Positions 12,926-25,750 of a stretch of DNA of 64,000 nucleotides are shown piece by piece (the stretch's first letter is position 1; each line of letters opens with the position of its first letter). The notes beneath the pieces were generated by a model. It saw only the letters and a program-made list of their open reading frames with translations, ran no database searches and was not told the origin of the DNA. Origin of the DNA: Entomortierella parvispora E1425 (taxonomy: Eukaryota > Fungi > Mortierellomycota). Made by a program: the position numbers and the translations under genes. Location: assembly GCA_020891255.1 (NCBI GenBank), contig BQFW01000008.1:434001-498000 (forward strand). The letters run 5' to 3'.

Positions 12926-13701
12926 ATGTCCTTCTTCACCCGCTCATTCCCCTCGCTAAACCGCCTCAAGCAGCTCGCCTTCAGACCCAGAGGTGTTGAA
13001 GAGTTCTTTGAGAACGGCAAATCCATCCCCACAGAAAAGTCCTGGACTGGTATGGATCCTTTCCTTTTGCCTCCATGCTCCTTTCCTTCCACCATGCAAC
13101 GAATGCAACAAAGGCGCTCTTGCGACCACGACCATTGGATTCATCCTCCTTTGCTGGAATGCTTCAAAAGGCGATCACGATGAGAAGAAGAAATAGAGAT
13201 CCTTTGTTTCTAATTGACCTTGTTGGACTCTTTTGCAACATAGGCCGCGCATGGAGAGCAAGCGAGCTCCGAGTCAAGTCCTTTGATGACCTTCACAAGC
13301 TCTGGTATGTGCTCTTGAAGGAGCGCAATGTCCTCGCTGCCCAGAAGGAGGAGGCCCGTCGTTTCCACATCTCCAAGCAATACTTCTCCAACAAGGGTCG
13401 CCAGGTCAAGGTAAAAAGAGAGCTTTGATTTTTGCCATGTTTTCTGCTTCATGTCGGATCGGATCTTGGAACTCAAGCCCTGACAATGTCTTTTCACCCC
13501 TCTTTTTTTGTAACATAGTGCCAAAAATCGATGGCAAGGATCAAGTTTGTCTTGAACGAGCGTCGTTTGGCTTGGGTTGAGGCCAACCAGTTGCAGAGAT
13601 CCGCCGCTGCCCAGGAGTCAGCAGTCAACACCAAAGTCTCCACCACGCCAAAGTCAACATCAGGATCATCAACGGCAACACAGGAGTCGGTCTCTGTTTA
13701 A
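12926..13701 (+). CDS. MRPL4: mitochondrial large-subunit ribosomal protein uL29m (MRPL4/MRPL47)
   Basis: [29 protein letters not shown] and [12 protein letters not shown] signature. N-terminal basic targeting-like peptide [17 protein letters not shown]. Three exons. Confidence 0.93.
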
Positions 13702-14762
13702 ACAAAAGACAGCAGCAGACAGACTGATCAGAGGGACGGAGCGAAGACGCACACTTTTTTCATATCATGGGCATTAGGAACGGTCGTTTCAGGAGATTAC
13801 TAGGGTCGAGCACGATCCGTATATCCACCAAAATCATAGACAGAAACTCGGATCTACAGAAAATGGTCTAGAGGCATTAAATAACAATATCCACAATCAT
13901 CTTTGACAAGTGCGAGTGTTGAGGAGTCGACACAGGGCCAGGTTACTCGAGGATTTCAAATTGCTAGGGAAGGAAGCGGAGAGGGATGTTCACTACGATT
14001 TAGTGGCGATCTGCAGTCTGCTAGATTCATGGACTGTTGCGGCTGTGGATGTTGTTCACCAAAATAACGCAAGTTCAGTGAGCATGAGCGATTCGAGTTG
14101 AGCTTTGGATCGGATTTTGTTTCTGTAATGAATTGCACGCTGCAATCATCATGAAATCAGCCCTCCGACCTCTTGTTGGAGAGCATGTTGCTCTTGATCT
14201 GCTCATGATAAGAGTCCCTCGCTTGTCTTTATGTCAAACAAACAGCTCCATCCAACTGGCGCCATGTGCTGCTTGAAGACCATAGGGAGGGAAGGCCGAG
14301 TCATTGTGTCCTGTGGCCGTGCGAGTTGCATGCACAGGCACAAGTAGGGCACAGGCACAGGGACAGGCACCGCAATTTACATACAAATAGACCTATTTAT
14401 TTAGAGCGCGTGCATCAGATCCTCGAACCAACCATCCTGCTCTCTTTATTTGGCCCTCCACTTTCATCTTTTTCTTTTCTTCTTCACCAACTCCTCCTCT
14501 TCCTCCATCCCCCCTCCTCTTCTCCCTCCCCGCCTCCATCAATTTCTCTTTCTGGTCTCCTTGCTGACGCATCCTTGCTGAACTTCCGGTCCTCCTTTCA
14601 CCAAAGTGACCTTTTGCTGTGCCTTGGCCTCGAGATCGACTGCCCTGCCGTCCATTGTCCTGGACATACCAATCTTTTGAACGACTTGAAACGCACTTCC
14701 CCTTCTCCCCTGTAACGACCCTTCTTATTCTACACGACCCAACATAATTACTTCACGCACAA

Positions 14763-14788
14763 ACACACACACACACACACACACACAC
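14763..14788. repeat. (CA)n microsatellite
   Basis: About 13 AC units upstream of the RhoGEF ATG. A second (CA)n lies at ~15180-15200 in an intron. Confidence 0.9.
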
Positions 14789-14845
14789 CTCGCTCTTTCC
14801 ATCGCTTCATCATTTCCATCGCCTCACTCTTCATTTCCGTCCACC

Positions 14846-17800
14846 ATGAACGGAGATTCCCGCCCCATGCAAATGTCCATGCCTCAACGGGTAAAGCACA
14901 CGTCTTTGGCCGGGTTCTCTGTCCATGCAACACACACACGTCATGTTAACCTCCATCTTTTCTTGGTTCCATTCATCAAATGCCTCTCCAGCAACCCTAC
15001 TACAACGATGGACCAGGTCCTCGCCAGCCCGCAGGCGGGTATGGCAACCAGCATCCCATGCGACCCATTCCTTCCCATGTAAGCGCGGATGCACAGCTTT
15101 TCCTTCGTGTCCAGTTGACCTGCTTCTTTCTCCACTCGTCGTTACACCACATTGTCTCGGGAAGATACTTGCACCTTATACACACACACACACACACGCA
15201 CACGAAGAGACTAATGCGGCCGACTTTCTATTTTATTGCGCCTGCTCTCTCGCCGCTTCAACAATGCCCGCTGGTCTTGTCTTCCGCCTCGTCTATTTTG
15301 AACTTGTTAATATCTTCGTGATCTTAGCTCCAACGTCCGCCGTTCGAACAGCCCATGCCCAACCATCCAAAGTCGCCCAATCCACTTGACGACCTTGTAG
15401 ATACCGAGAAGGAATATGTGACGGACCTCAAGGTTCTTTTGCAGGTAAAAAGAAGCTCATGCTGACCCAATCCATCGGACCAATTGAAATGTTGAAAGGC
15501 GCAATGCCCTTCTCTTCTTTTCCGTACCCCCCACCACACCACCACCACATCACCACCCCTTCCCCCCCCCCCCCCCACTCCGTCTCAGATTGTCAAATAC
15601 TCACGCATTCCTTTCTCTTTTGCATTGCGACTGTGAGTAGCGCGTGTCGGCTGGATGGACCCAGGATGATTTCCCCCCGAAGGAGGTTGATGACTTGCTC
15701 CGGGACGTGGAGGACATTTACGCCGTCAACCGAAAGTTCTCAAAGAAACTAGTCGACGTTCTTGCGGCGGCTGATGTCACAAAGGAACTGGGCAGTGTCC
15801 TGATGTGGTTCGTGGATTCTATGGAGACACCTTACTCAAACTTTTGTCGCAGCCATGTCCCTATGCTTGACAACTGGCCAGAGATTATGAACAACACACG
15901 ACTGCAGGACATTCTGGCGGTAAGGAAAGAAGGCGACTAAGGATTGAAGTAACTGTGCTGTCATTGGCCTGAGAAGCTAAAGAAGACTATTTTTGTCCTT
16001 TGGATTCTAATGGATTTGTCCGATCGTGGCGTTTTTTAGGCTATTGCGGCTGAACAGTTCCAGCACGTTACATTGGATTCGTTCCTTATGAAGCCCATTG
16101 AACGTCTTCACTACTATCGCAGACTTTATATGGTAACAGAGAATTCCATGGAACATTGCCAGAAGTTTAGGAGTGGCTGTACACTATTTGGCTCGACACT
16201 GACGCATCTCTGATCAATCCCTCAAAAACGTCTACAGCGACTCTTGGATTCTTCGGAACGCGGCAAGCCAGATTTTGAAGCGCTGGAGTCTGCTTTTATG
16301 AGAATCGACACCATTCTGCGTTTTGTTACAGTGGATGTCCCAGGAACCTCTCGCCACCCTGCTTCGCCTGCATTGTCTGGTATCTCAAGCATGTCCTCCC
16401 TTCGCCATGCTCTTCCTTCTCCTCCCATCACGGATCAAACCTCGCCCAACTTTCCGCCTCAGGGCCGACCAATGAACAACAATCACTCGCCTGCGCTTCC
16501 TCCTTCACCTCTTTCCCCTGGTCAAAGTCCTCATCAGCGACCTCAACAGCAGCATCAGCCTAGCCCTCGCTCTGCAGAAGCAATGTTGAACCTGGAGAAA
16601 ACTCTGGATACATCTCGTACTCTTGATCTCTTCACTATGCAACCCAAGGTGAGAAACATTGACGCCATTTCGTTGAGATATCATATCTTTGCATCTCTCG
16701 CGTCAGATTTTTTGTGTCACCAGGGAGCGTTGAAATCTGATGCACGATCCTTGGAACCTGCATTATCTAATTCCATCACTCTTCGCGTCTGTTGATTTTC
16801 TTCCTTTCTAGGCCTGCTCGTTGTCCTTGGCGCTGATTGAGCGCGAGGTGTTGATCCGAGGTGATTTCGGTTTCAACATCTCGACAGACGATGGAATCGA
16901 GGAAAGGTTCGAGGACGGTCATGTCATTCTTCTTTCAGATTTGCTCCTAATCTGTAGAATGAAGACGACAGATGAGATTGATGATAACCCAGAGGGAAAT
17001 GAGTCCTTCCTTTGGCTTCTCTTCCCCCCACTGGCGATTCGCCATGTTGTTGCCCAGGATGGCACTATGAACGACCAAGGTAATTTGAAGGTGTTGAAGA
17101 GTGGATTGAAATGATATGTTTGACTAATATTGTTTGCCTTCCTTTTTTTTTCTTGTTCCCTCAATTTACAGAGCAAACGTTGGAACTCATCATTGTGAAG
17201 AGAGTCACTGCTCGGATATGGATGCCTGATCAGGACTTGAAATTCAATTGGATGGATGAAGTCAATGGTGCACAAAGTCGAGACCTGATCAAAGTGCAAC
17301 AGCAACAGCAACAGCAGCAGCAAAATCCACAGTCTCCTGGCATGCAGGGTCTCAACAGGAATTATACTCAATCCCGACCTATGAGACCTATGGGACCTGG
17401 ATCCCCTCTCTCCCCAACATTCCATGGTGATCCAAACCAGCGACCCCCCTTCAACAGTGGACCTATCTCCCCACAATTCCAGGGACAGCAATACCCTGGT
17501 GGACCAATGAGTCCCCGTCCTCGACCTCCTGTGCTGGCCATGGGCGGCGGCGGAGGTCCTATGATGCACGGAGGAATGCACTCGCCTGGTCGTCCTCAAA
17601 TGTCACCAGGAGGTGGAATGGGCAGGCCCATGCTTCACCCCGGCGCACCTATGCATCAAGGCGGTGGTGGTCGCCCACCACGTCACCCTAATCAGCGCAT
17701 GGTATGCACGTAACATCTGTCGGTGTGCCGGAAAATGTTCAAATATTAATACAATCATTTCTTTTTATTTCTAGAGTATGCGACGTGCTAATACTATGAC

Positions 17801-18638
17801 GGTTCGGCCAGGCCCACCCAGAGGAAGAATCTTGGGACAGGGAGATGTGGCGGCAGCGAAGGAGATCATGTTCAAGACCAAACCTTGTGATGTTTTCCAA
17901 TGGCGCGATGATATCTGGGACCCATTGGTGGAAGATGACGACTGCTATGCTGAGCTTCGACTGACAACGGCAAATCGATTGGCGATGGCGGTGACGACTT
18001 TCGAATCCGGTCAGCTGGTTCTGAATGCTTGGATTGTAGAGTCAACGACGTTCCGACGGGCCTCCGAGACGGACGTGAGTGTCTCGATGGACATGGGAGC
18101 CAGTGTCCAATGGTTCCTGGTCGCTCTGAATTCAGGCAGGGAGGCGGATGATTTCTGTATGGCCTTCCAACGCACCAAGGATCGTGCCATGTATGACCCT
18201 AGTCTTCAAAAGTCAGCTTCTCCCATTCTATCCAGAGGAGATAGTTTGGCCTCAACAGTGACTCAAAAGTCGGTATCGCGTGAGAAAGAGGTGAAGCAGA
18301 CGTTGACACCCATGTGCCCGGCGGTTGAGTGCAAATTGCTCCTGCAGGCGGGAGATCATGGCCAGTGGATGTCCCTAGGCGCGGCCAGGGTTGAGATCCG
18401 GATGGAGAAGCCCTCAGGCCACGTGCGGTTGTTTGTGGGCTTGATCTCGAACCACAAACGGATCTTGGACAGTGTGATTGTTCAACGCGATTGTTTGGAG
18501 TTGGTGGGACCAAAGAAGCTGGCCATCACGCTGATGAATGCTCAGGAAAAGATGAGCATCATTTACATGCTCCAGTTCAAGGACGAGACCCACGCGACAA
18601 AGATCTTTGAGGGCCTGAGTCTCAACGAGAACGAGTAG
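14846..18638 (+). CDS. Dbl-homology (DH)-PH RhoGEF-like protein with additional C-terminal PH-like domains
   Basis: DH hallmarks LVDTEKEYVTDLKVLL and FLMKPIERLHYYRRL, PH-like HVILLSDLLLICR, a polyQ/Pro-Gly-Met linker, then beta-rich C-terminal exon 17778-18638. Multiple GT-AG introns. Confidence 0.75.
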
Positions 18639-18974
18639 ATGGTGACAAAACGAGGGGAAAAAAACTCTCGCAGATGTAGTAGTGTTCCTAGAGTAGATAC
18701 TCGTTTTGTTGTTGTTTTTCTCTTCTTCCTTCACTCATCTTATCATCCTTCTTTGACCCATTGACTAAAAAAAACATACAAAAATCCTCAAAAAAAACAT
18801 ACGAACGCGTCGGCTTTGGGAGCATTCGCGCTTGTCCAGCGAATCGACAACCCCATTTGGTGCACGTGATAATACGGATCGATTTTTCGAGAAAACTCGC
18901 GGTACCAGGGGCTGGGAGCTTCTCTTCTTTCATTCTCTTTTCTTCAGACAACACTCTCGACATTTCCATTCACC

Positions 18975-20601
18975 ATGCCGAACCCGCGCACCTATTTCGA
19001 CATTACCATCGGAGGAGAGCCCATTGGACGCATTGTCTTTGAGCTTGTAATGTGATGGACCTGACGGGTTTCTGGCTTTTTAGTTTTCAGGACTATTGCT
19101 GAGCGACCGTTGGACTAACAGGCCTCATTTTTTTTCATTTTATGAATTGGATGCTTAGTTTGCCGATGTAGTTCCCAAGACCGCTGAGAACTTTCGCGCT
19201 CTCTGCACGGGTACGTAGGGGTTGACCAAAAACAAGAGATTTTTTTTTGAGATAGATTGTTTACGTTTTCATCTGACCCTGGGGTTCTTTTTTTTTTTGG
19301 AAACTTTAGGCGAGAAGGGCATTGGACAGAGCACTGGAAAGCCATTGACCTACAAGGGATCGCCCTTCCACCGAATCATTCGCGTAAGGAGAGCATTCTA
19401 CGAGTTTATGTCCTGTTGTCATGGTGTTTCATCGGTGAATCTGACGTGTAATTAATATCGGATCTTTTTTTTTATTTTTTTTTATTGACAGGACTTTATG
19501 ATTCAAGGAGGAGACTTCTCAAACCAAAACGGAACTGGAGGCGAATCCATCTATGGAGCCAAGTTTGAGGACGAAAATTTCGAGTTGAAGCACGATCGTC
19601 CCTTCTTGTTGTCCATGGCCAATGCCGGTGCCGGTACCAACGGATGTAAGCGGGCGATCTTCGAGAAACAAAAGGAAAAAAGAGTTTTGTTGGACTCAAT
19701 TAGATCATTGCTAACATTACCTTTACTTTTACCTTTTTTACTTGTATGTATATAGCCCAATTCTTCATTACCACTGTTCCTACCCCTCATTTGGATGGCA
19801 AGCACGTTGTTTTTGGAAAGGTCTTGAAGGGTATCTCCGTGGTCCGTGAGGTCGAGAAGACTCCCAAGGGCAATGGTGATGCCCCTAAGGAGCCTGTCCT
19901 TATCGCCAACTGCGGTGAATTGGCTGAGGGTGAGGACGATGGTGTTGCAGCTCCTGATGCTGGTGACAAGTATGCCGACTGGCCAGGTAAAAATCTTCCC
20001 TACTGCCTTTTTTTTTTTTTTTTTTTTTTCAATTCTTTGAGAGGGCAACAGATATCTAACCCGGCTTTTAATGATAGATGATTATGAGGGACCCAAGGAG
20101 GATACGGATCTTGTCAAGATCTCGAAGGATTTGAAGGCTTTGGGCAATGACTTTTTCAAGGCCGGAGATTATTCCAAGGCCATGGCCAAGTATACCAAGG
20201 CGATCCGGTACCTGAACGAGAAGCCAGTGTTTGATGACGATGATGCTGAAGAGTTGGTCAAGGATTTCTATTCGGTCAAGATCCCCTGTTATCTCAACCG
20301 TGGATTCTCTGCTCTCAAATTGGATCGCCCCCAGACAGCGATCAAGGACATGTCCTCGGTCTTGGATATGGATCCCAAGTATTTGACGGCGGCGGATAAG
20401 ACAAAGGCGTACTTCCGAAGGGGATCAGCTTACTTGAAGACAGCGACCTTGGATCTGGATCTGGCAAAGCAGGATTTGGAACAGGCCAAGAAGTTGAATC
20501 CAAAGGACCCTGGCGTGTTGAGGGAATTGGAGAATGTCAATGCCAAATTGTTGGCCAAACGGAACAAGGAGAAGAAGGCTTACGCCAAGATGTTCTCTTA
20601 G
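18975..20601 (+). CDS. CPR6: cyclophilin-40 type peptidyl-prolyl isomerase with TPR domain
   Basis: [61 protein letters not shown], followed by TPRs ([15 protein letters not shown]) and a terminal YAKMF. Confidence 0.93.
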
Positions 20602-21812
20602 ATCATCTCTCAGATCATTACGTAGTGTGTTCCATGCATCCATTTAAAACAACAAAGAAAGCGAAAAGCAAAAGTCCAAATCCCCAACGATCCATGCGAT
20701 CCCTTCTTCTGTTCTCCTTTCAAAGAATGTTGTGGTGTTTTGCACCACGAGGAAAAAGGCATCAGGAATCTCTATGAGGCGACGACGTGCGCAGGAATTA
20801 ATGCAGACGGACGACGGCGCAGCGTTGGGAAAAAAAGGCACATCCCCGGCCTGCATTCTTATTTTTGCTTGGATCGCAAGAAGACGGAGGAACCAGAAAG
20901 AGGCTTTTTGTCAGTCTCTCTTTCTGCGCGATCCTTCCCGATGACCACCAAGCAGTAAGGGAGGGAAGCGTCAGCAATCAGAGAAGCAGATTGCTCGAGC
21001 AGCAAGGAAATTAAAAGGAAGGTGCACACGAAAGGATCTCAAATGACCCCAACGCCATTTTCTTTTTTCTTCACAGGTCCACAGAGTGACCCCCAGCACC
21101 CACTCATACACGCACACATGCAATGCAACAACCCACACCTATTTTGTATTCTGCCTGGCAACAAAGATACAAAAAAGGGCAACAAACTAGCACCATCTTT
21201 GCATTTTCCCGCTTCTGGTTTGATCAAGAAACGGCTTTCAGGCCAAAGGAGAGAGAGGAGGTGAGGCAAAGGAGGGGAGGAGCGTGTGTTTGCATTATTG
21301 GGTGGTGGTTGTTGTGTGTTGTTGGGGACGCGCCTAGAAAAGTAAAGAGATTCCATTCTACGCCGTCCTTTCACTCCTGAGTTCCGAGTTCTCTTCGGTG
21401 GTTTAGAACCTTGGGGCCTACTTGCCTTATGATCAATACATCGATACATACATGTGAGAAAGAAAAAGAAGACATGAGGAAGAAAGTGCCATTCGTGACG
21501 ATTTGTACAAATAGGACCATCTCGGTTCTGCAGCACTCATCCTTCTGTTCTGCTCCCTCTTTTTCCTTTTTCTCCTTCTCTTTCTCTCTCCTCTCTCTTT
21601 CTCTACTCTTTCTTTTCCTCTTTCCCCCTTTCCTTCATCCCTTTCTCTCCTTTTCACCGAAAACAAGAAAGTCAGTTCAACGACTTTTGACAACCTCAGG
21701 GATTTCGCGTTTCTTCTCTCCATTCTTTCTTCGTCACACGAAAAAAAAAAGAGAAGCACGGACGCGTCGTTTTACTCTTGTCAGGATATCCACAGCGCTA
21801 CACCATCACACA

Positions 21813-22537
21813 ATGCTGACCGGCCGATTCCACCAAAAGCCCTCTGATCGCTGGATCGGCGGTGTGCCACCAGGACCTGAGGACAGCGATTCGGCATTCA
21901 ACATCATGTCACCCACGGGTCGTAACCGTCCGTTCAAAGGCATCGTTCTTCCAAAGTAGGTCATAGCAAGCAATCAGGAGTAATGATTCAGGAACAATAT
22001 TTAATGTACCCAAAGCTCTTCCTAACACCCAACCCGGTTTCTCTCTCTCTCTCTCTCTCTAATAGTAAGCGGATAGGTTCGATTCCATGGGAGAGCACCC
22101 ATCCAGTCTCCATCAGCAATACAATCTCCAGTAACAACAGTGGTCGGGACCATCGGAACAACAACAGTAACAACAATAGCGGCTGGGGAATGTTCAACGA
22201 TGAAGATCATTATGGAATCCATGTCCCCGAAGACTCTTCGTCTTCGGATGGGGTGGCCTTTGTCTACAACAAGGGCCCAGCAGGACAAACACCCTTCCCA
22301 ACCCTAGTCGCCATGCCTGGGTACTTTCCTCTAGGACAGGTCCTTGCACCCACGCCTCAATCGCCCCCTTCCTCTTCTTCGTCTTCTCCCGACCGTCAAA
22401 AACAAGGGCAGGACCAAAACACGAATTTACCCCCAATGGCTGATCCCTACGGAGTCTCTTCTCTGGACTATGCACAGCCCTCATTGGATTCGGTGGTCCT
22501 GAACGATTTGGCTGCCGAGTCTGCATCGCGGACGTAG
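21813..22537 (+). CDS. hypothetical 2-exon protein (~205 aa), no recognised domain
   Basis: ATG 21813, donor GTAGG at 21956, acceptor after a (CT)n tract at 22065. In-frame join IVLPN-KRIGSIPWESTHP, stop at 22537. Confidence 0.55.
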
Positions 22538-23313
22538 TAAGGGGTTTTCTCGTTCTAGGAGACGTCGCTGAGCGGAGAGACGCGTTCCAGGAGTCGCCAA
22601 GAAAAAGGGGTTTCATCCAGTGGAGAAGGTGGGGACTTGTTCAAGAACAAGAGAATAAGCCTGCCTCATCATTCAATCGTTTTATATAGCGTTCAAGCAG
22701 GAGTCATACCAACACAACCTAATAAAGACTTTGTATCTTGAGAGAGAGAGAGAGAGTGGTGTTTTTAATGTACATGGGTGGTTAAGGTAGAATCAAACGG
22801 CAAGAGTTCGGTACGAAACAAAAAAAAAGGTGGTGTGTCTAAATGGTTATCATGGACGGGACGAGTTGCAACAGAAATAGTGGGCTAAGGTAAAGAAGGC
22901 CAGAGGACGAGTAGGAGCGATGAACAAAGGAAAGAAAGAAGCCAACGAGCAATCCAGGCAAGGACGAAGACAGAGATATCCGGGATGTGCCGATCCAATC
23001 CCACTGCCAAACTTTTTTATCCATTTGGTCGCGGTAGATCGATTCTGGAATTTGCTCATCGGCGTTGCGGAGGTCGCCCGCACTGGTTTGGTGGAGATCG
23101 TGGGGGGAGATCCCAGAGAACAAAAAAACGATCCGTCCACCCCATCATCCAGCCTCGGTCGCGCCCTGATCCTAGTCCTGTTCCTGTCAGTCTTTCGTCC
23201 TTGTTTGTTCTATAGAGCCTCGTTCCTCCTGGGTTCTGTCCTTCTTTGTCCGAAATAAATCATCAGCGCAGCTCCTCCGCCCGACTTTTTTTTTTGTTGT
23301 CTGTGCAGTCGAC

Positions 23314-23604
23314 TTAGTGCTTCCTGAGGACCTTTTGGTTCTTGGTCTCGAGCACCAGCTTCTCTCCAGCATAGAGCTGAGAAATCTTTGACTGACGCTT
23401 CACGACCTCGAGCTCGCGCTCGGCACGGCTGATGAGCGACTTGATCTTTTCGGGATCCGTCTCTGACTTTGCGGCATGGAAGGCATCCCGGGTGCGGCGG
23501 ACGGCATAGTCACGGAAGTTGTAGGCAGCGAAGCGGGAAGAGTGGTGGAGCAAGGAGCGGTACAGGCCCAAGACTTGGGAGCGAGTGGCGGGAGCGGCAG
23601 ACAT
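23314..23604 (-). CDS. ISD11: LYR-motif protein Isd11 (LYRM4), cysteine desulfurase partner in Fe-S biogenesis
   Basis: VLGLYRSLL...FAAYNFRDYAVRRTRDAF...RELEVVKRQSKISQLY is the Isd11 signature. Intronless, ATG at 23604. Confidence 0.92.
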   Translation of the reverse strand: MSAAPATRSQVLGLYRSLLHHSSRFAAYNFRDYAVRRTRDAFHAAKSETDPEKIKSLISRAERELEVVKRQSKISQLYAGEKLVLETKNQKVLRKH

Positions 23605-24018
23605 TTTGAGAAAGAGTGGAGAGGAAGGGGGATAGGATGGAGAAAGGGAGAGAAGACGTGGAGAGATGAGTTGCACAGTCGAGGAGAACTAAAGTTCCCT
23701 TTTCTGGCGGGGATGGAAAAAGGCGTGCTAGAGCCATGCAGGCCGATTGCACGGGTCTAGCACAGAGGCAAAAAGGACGGCCTCCATCACGGAAAAAGGC
23801 ATGATCGCACGAGCTGCAGTTGGTGGCAACAGCACGTGACTTGATTATTTGTTGTTGAATCAAATCAAAAAAAAGAGACTCTCGCTCCCCTCCAGGGGGG
23901 AGAACACCTCCTTGCAGGCACAGAAACACCCTTCGAACTAGGGCGGAGCAACTCAAAGAAAGGCGTCGCATTCATCTCTCTTTCTCTTCATCCCCTCCTT
24001 CATCCACATCTTCACATC

Positions 24019-25541
24019 ATGCCCGTCTCTGCTACTAACTGGGCCGACGAGGTCGACGGCGAGGACCAACCCCAGACCTTCACCGATGCCAACGGAATCA
24101 CCACCATCATCGAATACAGAACCAACGACGACGGCAAGAAAGTCAAGGTACCGCATCAGGATCAGCTTTACACACACCCTCCTTCGAGATCATGCACAAC
24201 TCGGCACCACCAAGCTCGCAATGTCCTCTTCCCTGGCATCGTCCTGTCGTTCACTTTCTTTCTCCCTTTCTCTCTCATTCCACTTTTGCTTTGGCGCCCA
24301 TGATCACATGCCTCTCGTTTTCACCAATCGCCACTCGAGATCTCGTTCTTGTTTCGTTTCTAACCAACAGTACAATTATAGGTTACCCGCCGCACTCAGA
24401 AGAAGTTGATCCACGATGTCGTTAACAAGGCCGTTGCTGCTCGCAAGGTACGGGATCAGGTCAGATCAGATCAGGACAGGAGGCAGCCACGGGTTTCTTT
24501 TTGTAGACAGCCGTTGTGCGCCATTGAAGTTGTTATTCTGGACAATGACCATTGGATTTGTTCAGGAACAGAGGAACAGGAGTGAAAAAAAAAGACAATT
24601 GTCTGCCCCATTTCACGATCTAATATTTGCTTTCCATCCCCCCCCCCCCCTCAATCAATTACGATCTCTATTCATTCTTGACAGAAATGGCCCAAGTTCG
24701 GAAAGGAGAAGGGCAACAAGCCAGGACCTGACCCAGCAACCACCAACGTCGGAGACAACATCAAGTTGAAGCTCTCCTCGACCGGACAGGTTGTTCAGGA
24801 GGTTGATGAGCAGCACGAGGCTATGAAGGCACAGCTCCAGAACAAGAAGATTCTCTGCCGTATCTGCAAGGGCGACCATTTCACAACAAAGTGTCCCTAC
24901 AAGGACTCCTTGGGCATGGAGGATGCCGCCGCTCCCGCCTCTGCCCCTGCCGAGGATGCTGGTATGGATTTCATCACGGTTCTTTGTCTGGATGCAAAAA
25001 AGAAGAGAAAAGTTGATAAGAGACTCGGTGGAAAAAAAAATCAGACAAACTAAACTACAATTACTTGTATTTCTCATAGCTCCCGCTGCCGAGCAACAGA
25101 CTGGATCCAAGTACATTGCCCCTCACATGCGCGCTGGCGCCAGCTCAGATTCCAAGGCTGGAAGCGGCAGTGGCGATCGCGAGAAGAGAGACGAGCAGCC
25201 TACGCTGCGTGTCACCAACTTGTCCGAGGATGCGACCGAGGCCGATGTGTCCGAGTTGTTCAAGCGGTTCGGTCATATCTCCCGTGTCTTCTTGGCACGC
25301 GATCGCGAGACTGGTTTCTGCAAGGGTTTCGCCTTTGTTTCTTTCACCATGCGTGAGGATGCTCAGCGTGCACAGGAGGCCATTGACGGACGTGGTTACG
25401 ATAACTTGATTCTTCGTGTGGAGTGGGCCAAGTATGTACTCTTTTTTTTGGCGAGGGGTTCAGGGAAGACGGCTGATCCGTTTTACTAACCTAACTATCT
25501 GCTCCATTGTCTTTGTTCTCCTCTCTAGGTCATCTGCTTAA
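24019..25541 (+). CDS. TIF35: translation initiation factor eIF3 subunit g
   Basis: NWADEV, TIIEYRTNDDGKKVK, zinc knuckle CRICKGDHFTTKCPYKD, C-terminal RRM (TLRVTNLSEDA, KGFAFVSF, GYDNLILRVEWAK). Final mini-exon KSSA* ends at 25541. Confidence 0.95.
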
Positions 25542-25750
25542 GTATGTGTGTTCTATAATAAATATCGTTTCAGTCATCATCTTTATTCACATTTTCAAAC
25601 GAACGGACCTATTGTCCGATGTCGTGTCCTGGGTTGGGATCGTTTCAACGTGGACTATTCCCTCCCGAGTCTTCATTTATGGAGACAGGGTATCTGGACA
25701 ACGATAGGTTGGTGCTAACGAGTATGTTTTGCGCTACCAAGGGATGGTCT

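Noticed and set aside
22839-23140. Overlapping minus-strand ORFs downstream of ISD11, one with a hydrophobic C-terminus
   Set aside because: The longer one has no ATG start, there is no recognisable motif or splice support, and the position fits an ISD11 3' UTR.
3744-23604. An iron gene cluster spanning sreA to ISD11
   Set aside because: The two genes are ~14 kb apart and separated by unrelated housekeeping genes, so adjacency is probably coincidental.
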